A DNA stretch of 64,000 nt from Lentisphaerota bacterium (GTDB taxonomy: Bacteria; Verrucomicrobiota; Lentisphaeria; Victivallales; UBA1829): assembly GCA_015061565.1 (NCBI GenBank), contig SUWI01000001.1, forward strand, positions 21,505 to 85,504, written 5' to 3'. The position numbers and the translations under genes were made by a program. The notes beneath the pieces were generated by a model. It did not search any database. It was not told where the DNA came from and saw nothing but the letters and a program-made list of their open reading frames with translations. Each line of letters begins with the position of its first letter. Position 1 is the first letter of the stretch. Of this stretch, positions 18,704-26,040 are shown in pieces.

Positions 18704-20671
18704 ATGCGTAAATCTCAACTTTCTTTTCTGACCGCGATCGTTTTCTTCGGCATTGCCGCCATGGCCGCGGATGAATGCAATGACTCCGGCGTATGCAAAC
18801 TGCCGGGGAGCAGTGATGACACTCAAAAAAACGGAGTCCTTTCGCCGGTCGGTAAAAATTCCATAAAAATGATCAGGCAGGCGCCGCGGCTGTCCACGCT
18901 GAACGGAAAAAACATTGCCGTCGTGGGCGGCAGTTTCATGGCCTCGGTGACGCATCCGGAAATCAGGAGGTTGATCCTGCAGCACTATCCGGATGCGAAG
19001 GTTTATGTCCTGAGCGAGATCGGTTCGGCGGGACCGTGGCCCGGTCCGGGCGTGGTCCGGCGGCAGAAAGACGAATTCGTGCAGAATCTGAAGCGGCTGA
19101 AGATCGATGCCGTCATTTCCGGCAACGGCGGATGCGGATTGTGCACACCGAAGGAAATGGGCTCCTGCATCGCCGCGGAATACAGCGGTCTGCCGTCCGT
19201 GATGATCGCCGCGCCCGGCTTCACCGACCAGGCGAAACGGGCGGCTTTGACCGCCGGCGTTCCCGTTCCGCGGGTGGCGGAATATCCCGGCGCGTTTTCG
19301 GCCCATACCCGCGAAGAACTGCTGGAGAACACCCGCAAGATCCTCTGGCCGCAGATCGTCGCCGCCCTCACCAAGCCGTTCACGCAGGAAGAACTGGAAC
19401 GATCCGAAAAAACCGCTCCGCCGGACGGGATCATCTATTCAGGCAATCTGGATGAGGTCAATCTCTATTTTTCCCAGAACGGCTGGACGGACGGTCTGCC
19501 GGTCATACCGCCGACTCCGGCGCGGGTGAATGAATTTCTGAAATACACCGACCTCGAACCGGATGCCGTGATCGCCGCCATTCCGCCGTCTTACCGGCAG
19601 GCGACCGCACGGCTCGTTGCCGTGAACGGAGTGATGGCGGGATGTCCGCCCGAATTCATGCCGGTCCTGATCGCCTTCACCAAAGCGATGACGGACGGCG
19701 ATTTCCGCCGGACCCTGGCGAGCACCCATGCATGGACCCCCTACTGCTGGATCAACGGTCCCATTGCCCGGCAGCTGGAGCTGGACAGCGCACAGGGAGA
19801 GATCTCCAATATGCGCAATGCGAAGATCGGCCGTTTCATCAATCTGGCCATGCTGAACCTCGGCGGCTATCACATCAAGCAAAACCGGATGGGAACGTTC
19901 GGATATCTGATGCCGTGGTGTCTGGTGGAAGATGACGCCGCCGCAATCAAACTGAACTGGCGGCCGTATCACATGCAGCAGGGTTACAAACTGAACGACA
20001 ATGTTCTGACTGCGGCATCCTCACTGTCATGGGGCAACAATCTGGCGCCCGCGACCGCCGATCCGCAGAAGATCATGGAAATGATGGCATGGGACGCGGT
20101 GGAAAAACAGCAGTTCGCTGTCGGCAGCGGCACTCCGTTCGTTTATCGGACCATGCTGATAACGCCTTATGTTGCGCGCGATCTTGCCCGGAAATTCCGG
20201 AGCAAGGAAGATTTGGAGAAAGCGCTGATCGGTACTGCACGCCGTCCGGTCGAGGAACGGGCTTATGCCAATTACTGGGGAAATCCCGGCAGTGCGTTCA
20301 ATCCGGAAACTTATTCCGTGCGGCGGCACACATACCGGATCAACCGGCAGGAAGGCGGGGAAAATACCGCCGTCCCGCCGTGGCTGGCCTGGACCGGAAA
20401 AGACCGTGTGGAAACCGTCCCGGTCATGGCGGCGGGAAAAACCGCGATGATCATTACCGGCGACGCCAGCCGCAACAAGACCATGTGCGTTCCGGGCGGC
20501 GGATTTGCCTCGGTGAAAATCGAACTCCCGAAGAACTGGGACAAACTCATGGAGACGGCCGGATATCAGCCCCTGAGCAGTTTTTGTCTGCAGTCGGATC
20601 TGACTCCCGCCAGCCGGCCGCAGCAGTTCAAAAATTACCGTCAGCGCAGAGGCATGAACCGCGCGCGGTGA
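18704..20671 (+). CDS. Secreted protein of unknown function (655 aa) with CxxC-containing N-terminal module
   Basis: Sec signal ...GIAAMA/AD. KNIAVVGGSF strand-loop and GNGGCGLCTP motif. I could not place the large C-terminal domain. Confidence 0.6.
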   Translation: MRKSQLSFLTAIVFFGIAAMAADECNDSGVCKLPGSSDDTQKNGVLSPVGKNSIKMIRQAPRLSTLNGKNIAVVGGSFMASVTHPEIRRLILQHYPDAKVYVLSEIGSAGPWPGPGVVRRQKDEFVQNLKRLKIDAVISGNGGCGLCTPKEMGSCIAAEYSGLPSVMIAAPGFTDQAKRAALTAGVPVPRVAEYPGAFSAHTREELLENTRKILWPQIVAALTKPFTQEELERSEKTAPPDGIIYSGNLDEVNLYFSQNGWTDGLPVIPPTPARVNEFLKYTDLEPDAVIAAIPPSYRQATARLVAVNGVMAGCPPEFMPVLIAFTKAMTDGDFRRTLASTHAWTPYCWINGPIARQLELDSAQGEISNMRNAKIGRFINLAMLNLGGYHIKQNRMGTFGYLMPWCLVEDDAAAIKLNWRPYHMQQGYKLNDNVLTAASSLSWGNNLAPATADPQKIMEMMAWDAVEKQQFAVGSGTPFVYRTMLITPYVARDLARKFRSKEDLEKALIGTARRPVEERAYANYWGNPGSAFNPETYSVRRHTYRINRQEGGENTAVPPWLAWTGKDRVETVPVMAAGKTAMIITGDASRNKTMCVPGGGFASVKIELPKNWDKLMETAGYQPLSSFCLQSDLTPASRPQQFKNYRQRRGMNRAR

Positions 20672-20711
20672 GCGGAGATCCGGCCGGTGTTACAGGCCGT
20701 CATCAAATGGT

Positions 20712-21953
20712 TCACCGGTTCCGCGAGGCGAAAACTTCGACCGCCTTTTTCAGCTGCGCGGGGATGTCGATTTTCTGCGGACAGCGGGTCTTGCACAGGC
20801 CGCAGGCAACGCAGTTCGAGGCGCGTTCCGCTTCCGGCATGGCATCGTAGACCATCCCCGCCGATCCGGCGCTTCCCTGCGCTTTCGTCTGGTTATACAG
20901 GGCCAGGTTGCGGGGAATATCCACACCTCGGGGGCAGGGACGGCAGTAACGGCATCCGGTGCAGGGGACCGTGCCCGTCTTCCGGTATTCTTCCAACGCA
21001 TCCGCCACGGTTTCCCGTTCGACATCGGTCAGCGGCGTGAAGCCCGTGAACGTCCGGAGATTGTCTTCCAGCTGGTCCATCGCAGACATTCCGGAAAGGA
21101 CGATCTGGACATTCGGCAGGCTGGCGGCATAACGCAGGCCCCACGAGGCGATGCTGCGGTCGGGTTTTGCATCCGTGAAGATCTTCCGGGCCGAATCCGT
21201 CAGCTGCACCAAGGTGCCGCCTTTCAGCGGTTCCATGATGGCGACCGGGATCCCGAGTTTGGTCAGAATTTCATACATCTCGCGCGAACGGCAGATCTCC
21301 CAGTCCAGATAATTGAGCTGGATCTGGACCAGTTCCCAGGGATAAGCAGTGGCGATCTTTTCCAGCAGTTCGGGTTCGTCGTGAAACGAAAAACCGATGT
21401 GCCGGATACGTCCTTCGGCCTTCTGTTTTTCCAGGAAATCCCACACCTGGAATTCCTGCGCCATGGGCCAGTGCCGGGCATTCAGCCAGTGCATGAAATA
21501 GAAGTCGAAATAGCCCGCTTTGGTCCGGCGGAGCTGTTCCTGGAAGATCCGTTCGAGATCGTCTTCGCTTTTCAGGCAGCGGATCGGCATCTTGCTGGTC
21601 AGATAATAGCTGTCGCGGGGATATTTTGACAGCACCTGGCCGATGAATTCCTCGCTGCCGGGATAGACATAGGCGGTATCGAAATAATTGCAGCCGTGTT
21701 CCAGCGCCCTGGCGACCATTGCCGAGGCGGCGTCCAGGTCGATTTTGCCGTCTTTTCCCGGCAGCCGCATGGCTCCGAAACCGAGCAGGGGCAGCGTCAT
21801 TCCCGTCTGCCGGTAGGGCCGGCGGGTGATCTGCACCCCTTTGCCCGAACGCTTGTCCGCGTTGACGTCTTCCTGCAAAGTGTCGGCCAGTCCGGCGATC
21901 TGGCTGTAGGCCGCCACTTTGAACAGATTTTTCAGGAAATCACGCCGTTCCAT
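20712..21953 (-). CDS. Aldo/keto reductase fused to a 2x[4Fe-4S] ferredoxin domain, Tat signal
   Basis: MERRDFLK twin-arginine motif. AKR core (GCNYFDTAYVYPGSEEFIG, FYFMHWL). C-terminal CTGCRYCRPCP and CVACGLCKTRCP. Confidence 0.8.
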   Translation of the reverse strand: MERRDFLKNLFKVAAYSQIAGLADTLQEDVNADKRSGKGVQITRRPYRQTGMTLPLLGFGAMRLPGKDGKIDLDAASAMVARALEHGCNYFDTAYVYPGSEEFIGQVLSKYPRDSYYLTSKMPIRCLKSEDDLERIFQEQLRRTKAGYFDFYFMHWLNARHWPMAQEFQVWDFLEKQKAEGRIRHIGFSFHDEPELLEKIATAYPWELVQIQLNYLDWEICRSREMYEILTKLGIPVAIMEPLKGGTLVQLTDSARKIFTDAKPDRSIASWGLRYAASLPNVQIVLSGMSAMDQLEDNLRTFTGFTPLTDVERETVADALEEYRKTGTVPCTGCRYCRPCPRGVDIPRNLALYNQTKAQGSAGSAGMVYDAMPEAERASNCVACGLCKTRCPQKIDIPAQLKKAVEVFASRNR

Positions 21954-21956
21954 CGG

Positions 21957-23267
21957 TCAGACCAGTTCCTGTTCATCGGAAAAACAAGTCATGGCGGTCC
22001 TCCGGCGTCCGCGTCTGCCGGTTTTCTTCGCTTCGGCGGCGATCTTCTTCAGCTCGGCCGGGATATTGATCTTCTGCGGACATTTTTTCAGGCAGGCTCC
22101 GCAGTTGACGCATTCGGCCGCCCGCTGGTCTTCCGGAAGGCCGTTGTATTCGCCCATGAAGCGGTCGACCCGGTTGGACATCCGGAACTGGTTGTAGACT
22201 TTGAAATTGCGCGGGATGTTCACCCCGGCCGGACACGGCATGCAGTACTTGCAGTCCGTGCAGGGGACCAGATGGGTCTTCTGATAGACCGCCAGCGCTT
22301 CCGCCAGGACCTTGCGTTCCGCATCGGTCAGCGGCTTGAAATCGGTGAACGTCCTGATATTGTCTTCGAGATGCTCCATCAGCGTCATGCCGGAAAGGAT
22401 GCAGATCACATTCGGCAGGCTGCCGACATAGCGGAACGCCCAGGAGGCCGGGCTGGCCTTGGGATCGGCCTTGCGCAGGACCTCAATCGAATCCTTGTTC
22501 AGAGTTGCCAGCGCGCCGCCCTTCAGCGGTTCCATGATGACCGCAGGGATATTGTATTTCACCAGAATGTCATACTGTTCCCTGGAACGGTAAAACTCCC
22601 AGTCGAGGTAATTGAGCTGGATCTGCGCGAAATCCCAGGGATGCGCCTTGGCGATGGTCTCCAGCACTTCCGGTTTATCGTGGAAGGAAAAACCGAGCTT
22701 GCGGATCCGTCCTTTCTTCTTCTGTTCCAGCAGATATTCGTAAACCTTGAATCTGATCGTATCTTTCCAGCGGGCCGCATTCAGGTTGTGGACCAGATAG
22801 AAATCGAAATATTCGGTCTTGCATTTCTTCAGCTGTTCCTCGAAAATGCGGGGGACATCCGCCTCGCTGCGGACGGACCGGACCGGCATCTTGCTGGTCA
22901 GATAATACGAATCGCGGGGAAATTTGCTGAGCAGATCGCCCGCGCATTTTTCACTGCGTCCGCCATGATAGAAATAGGCGGTGTCGAAATAGTTCACACC
23001 CGCCTCGAGAGCACGGGCGATCTGTTTTTCGACCGTGGCGTAATCGATTTCCGGATTGCCGGGACCGAGGGTCGGCAGACGCATCATGCCGAATCCGAGC
23101 ATCGGCAGCGTCAGCTTGGTGTTCCGGTACTGCCGCCGGGTCACCTGCGGACCTTTGGCCAGATCCGAACTCTTATTGCCGTCCGCGCCCGCTTTCGCCG
23201 CCAGTTTCACGATCGGCGCCAGAGCCGCCGCGGTCAATGTCCCTTTCAGAAACTCTCTTCGGTTCAT
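21957..23267 (-). CDS. Aldo/keto reductase fused to a 2x[4Fe-4S] ferredoxin domain, Tat signal (tandem paralog)
   Basis: MNRREFLKGTLTAAALAP. GVNYFDTAYFYHGGRSE. CTDCKYCMPCP and CVNCGACLKKCP. Collinear with the downstream paralog. Confidence 0.8.
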   Translation of the reverse strand: MNRREFLKGTLTAAALAPIVKLAAKAGADGNKSSDLAKGPQVTRRQYRNTKLTLPMLGFGMMRLPTLGPGNPEIDYATVEKQIARALEAGVNYFDTAYFYHGGRSEKCAGDLLSKFPRDSYYLTSKMPVRSVRSEADVPRIFEEQLKKCKTEYFDFYLVHNLNAARWKDTIRFKVYEYLLEQKKKGRIRKLGFSFHDKPEVLETIAKAHPWDFAQIQLNYLDWEFYRSREQYDILVKYNIPAVIMEPLKGGALATLNKDSIEVLRKADPKASPASWAFRYVGSLPNVICILSGMTLMEHLEDNIRTFTDFKPLTDAERKVLAEALAVYQKTHLVPCTDCKYCMPCPAGVNIPRNFKVYNQFRMSNRVDRFMGEYNGLPEDQRAAECVNCGACLKKCPQKINIPAELKKIAAEAKKTGRRGRRRTAMTCFSDEQELV

Positions 23268-23292
23268 ACTCCCTTTCCTCCCTTTTATCGGT

Positions 23293-24531
23293 TCAGACGT
23301 TTTCGGCTGCGAGCTTTTTCGCCGCCGCGAAAACGGTCTGAAAATCCATTCCGGCCTGTTCGGCCAGTTGTTTTACGCTCTCGTATTCCGGATAGCAGCG
23401 CGTCACCGGGCCCCAGGTGCATTTTTTCGCCTGAAAACTGCCGAACGGCAGCTGCAGCGTGATCTCCCGGCGATCCATCACCGTGCGTTCCACCGGAGTC
23501 TTCCGCAAACCGATCGTTGTAGTGGACTCGAAAATGATCCGTTCCATGGTTTCCAGATGCGCGGCATCCGTGATGACGCGGAGCAGGTACGCCGGCCGGT
23601 TTTTCTTCATGAAACAAGGCAGGAAATGAGCGTCGCGCGCACCTGCCGCCATTAGCTGTTCCAGCGCCTGGCCCAGCTCTTCCCCGGTCGAATCGTCGAT
23701 GTTGGTTTCCAGCAGATAGATCCGGTCCGGATCGGGCACGGTTTCCAGCAGCATGGCGCGCAGGATGTTGGCATGGCCGAAATCCCGTTTCCCGAGGCCG
23801 ATCCCGACCTTGGCGACCGTATATTGCGGCGGCAGTTCCTTCGCGGTGCGCAAGGCCGCCGCAATGGCGATCCCGGTCGGCGTGACCATTTCCCCGCTGA
23901 CCTCGCACGTCCGCAGCGGAACGGCGTAAGCACTGGCGATATTGAGCACGGCGGGCACCGGCACCGGCAGATCGCCGTGCTGACAATGCACCGTGCCGTG
24001 TCCTTCGGTCAGTCCGGTCACTACGCATCCGGTGATCCCCAGGTCGTCGATCAGCACGGCGGCCGCCACGATATCCACGATCGAATCGATCGCGCCGACT
24101 TCGTGGAAATGCACCTCGCCGACCGGCTTGCCGTGCGCTTTGGATTCCGCCTCGGCCACGATCAGGAATATCTTTTTGGCCAGTTCGCGCGCCCGGTCCG
24201 TCATCGTCCCGCGGTCGATCACCGCATAAACATCCGACAGATTCCGGTGCTCGTGGTGATGCTCATGTCCGTGATGATGTTCATGATGTTCATGCTCATG
24301 ATGCTCATGTTCGTGATGATGTTCGTGCTCATGATGCAGAATCACATTGAAATCGCATCCTTCGATGCCGTGCGAGGCTTTCCGGGAAATTTCATAATCG
24401 AAACCTTCCAGCTGCAGACTTTTCAGGACCGCATCGAGTTTTCCGGCATCCGCGCCGAGGTCCAGCAGGGCCCCCACGGTCATATCGCCGGATATCCCCG
24501 ACGCCCCTTCCAGAAACAGCATTCTGCCCAT
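23293..24531 (-). CDS. larC: LarC-family nickel insertion protein (DUF111)
   Basis: N-terminus LFLEGASGISGDMTVGALLDLGAD. His/Glu-rich tract HHEHEHHHEHEHHEHEHHEHHHGHEHHHEH. C-terminal DUF111 core. Confidence 0.85.
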   Translation of the reverse strand: MGRMLFLEGASGISGDMTVGALLDLGADAGKLDAVLKSLQLEGFDYEISRKASHGIEGCDFNVILHHEHEHHHEHEHHEHEHHEHHHGHEHHHEHRNLSDVYAVIDRGTMTDRARELAKKIFLIVAEAESKAHGKPVGEVHFHEVGAIDSIVDIVAAAVLIDDLGITGCVVTGLTEGHGTVHCQHGDLPVPVPAVLNIASAYAVPLRTCEVSGEMVTPTGIAIAAALRTAKELPPQYTVAKVGIGLGKRDFGHANILRAMLLETVPDPDRIYLLETNIDDSTGEELGQALEQLMAAGARDAHFLPCFMKKNRPAYLLRVITDAAHLETMERIIFESTTTIGLRKTPVERTVMDRREITLQLPFGSFQAKKCTWGPVTRCYPEYESVKQLAEQAGMDFQTVFAAAKKLAAENV

Positions 24532-24539
24532 AATTTTAT

Positions 24540-25880
24540 TTATCCTTCCTTTTCGATCAAAGACTGTTTTTCGATTTCATGCACGGTCATGGCTTTTTCG
24601 GGCGCCGGACAGGCCGCCTGGCAGGCGCCGCAGCCGATGCAGAGAGCCGTTTTCACGGGACGCGGCGTGCCGTTTTTCCGCAGAGTGACCGCTTTGACCG
24701 GGCAGGCCGCCGCACATTTGCCGCACGGCGTCGAATTCTGAAACACCAGACATTTCTGCGGATCGAATTTCGCCTCGGCGATCTTCGTCCGGCGCTTGAT
24801 TTCCAGCGTCAGCGGCATGATCGCCCCGGTCGGACAGACCTGCGAACAGCGGTTGCAGTCATACCGGCACGCGCCTTTGCTCAGGTCGAGCGAAACCGGG
24901 CCGTCCCCGCCCGGCGCGGGCACGATGATTTTGGCCGGACAATTCGCCGTGCAGAGCTGGCACGCCGTGCATTTGGAGGCGAAGCGCGCCGCATTTCCCG
25001 CTCCCGGCGGCAGGATCTTGAACCGTCTGGCGAATTCGGCCAGCTTGCCCAGTCCGGTTTTCGCCAGCACGGCTCCAGCCGCCAGACCCGCGACCAGAAC
25101 ACCGCCGCCGATCAGGAATTTCCGGCGCGAAAGATCCTGTTTCATTTCCGCCTTTTTCGGCAGGACGAATCCGATGCTGCCCAGCGGACAGCGCGAAATG
25201 CAGTTCATGCACCGGATACACCGTTCATTGTCGATCACCCCTTTTTCGAGGTCGATGCAGCCTGCCGGACAGAATTTTTCGCAGGTCCGGCATTTGACGC
25301 ATTTTCCCTTGATCGCCAATTTGAACAGCCCGGTTTTCGCCAGCAGTCCGAGCAAAGTCCCGACCGGACAGACCGTGGTGCAGTAAAGCCGTTTTTTCCA
25401 GGCGGCGAGGATGACTATGACGATCAGCGGGACCAGTCCGCCGATGGAGAACACCGCAAAGATGCGGCCGAAATTGGAATAAGGATCGAACAGCAGGAAC
25501 CCCGCGCTCCAGCCGCAGATCAGCAGGATATACGAAAAGCCCGCGATAAAATACCGGATGGCATAGAAATCCGGCACCGGTTTCCCCTTTTGTCTGCCGA
25601 GGAACCCGATGATGTCCTGAAGGATCCCCAGCGGACAGAATACCGAGCAGTAAAACCGTCCGAACAGCAGTGTGACGAGTGCGATCCCGAGCACGATGCT
25701 CAATGCGCCGAGCGAAAATGCGGCGAAACAGCTCATCAAAGCCGGACCGAACTGGACATGCAGGATGGGCGCGACCGCGTGACCGGACCCGGAAAAGGCC
25801 AGTCCGGCCAGGATCAGAAAAATTCCCGCCGCCGCCAGCCGGATATACCGGATCCACATTTTTTTATTCTTAGCCATCAT
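24540..25880 (-). CDS. Membrane polyferredoxin: NapH-like N-terminal half fused to a NapG-like half
   Basis: N-terminal TM segments with CX3CP motifs (YCSVFCPLG, YCTTVCPVG) plus CVKCRTCEKFCP and CIRCMNCISRCP. Internal SRRKFLIGGGVLVAGLAAGAVLA, then four more Cys clusters (CTACQLCTANCP, CNRCSQVCP, CGKCAAACP, CIGCGACQAACP). Confidence 0.75.
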   Translation of the reverse strand: MMAKNKKMWIRYIRLAAAGIFLILAGLAFSGSGHAVAPILHVQFGPALMSCFAAFSLGALSIVLGIALVTLLFGRFYCSVFCPLGILQDIIGFLGRQKGKPVPDFYAIRYFIAGFSYILLICGWSAGFLLFDPYSNFGRIFAVFSIGGLVPLIVIVILAAWKKRLYCTTVCPVGTLLGLLAKTGLFKLAIKGKCVKCRTCEKFCPAGCIDLEKGVIDNERCIRCMNCISRCPLGSIGFVLPKKAEMKQDLSRRKFLIGGGVLVAGLAAGAVLAKTGLGKLAEFARRFKILPPGAGNAARFASKCTACQLCTANCPAKIIVPAPGGDGPVSLDLSKGACRYDCNRCSQVCPTGAIMPLTLEIKRRTKIAEAKFDPQKCLVFQNSTPCGKCAAACPVKAVTLRKNGTPRPVKTALCIGCGACQAACPAPEKAMTVHEIEKQSLIEKEG

Positions 25881-26040
25881 GAAACTCCTTGCTTCCGGGA
25901 AAGCAATTTACAGGCTAAAGCTACTGCAAGTCAAGCGCAGTTTGGAAAAAAAACAAATTTTTTTATACGGTCCGTATCCGATCAGCGCCATCGGTGGAGG
26001 CGCGAGCTTCCCATGAGACCGATAAGTCCTGCGCAATGGA

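Noticed and set aside
24236-24345. Short tandem-looking DNA repeats (catgatg/ttcatg/ctcatg units) that at first glance resemble a microsatellite or array.
   Set aside because: They are the codon-level image of the His/Glu-rich metal-binding tract (HHEHEHHHEHEHHEHEHH...) inside larC. There are no spacers and no repeat-spacer architecture, so this is not a CRISPR array.
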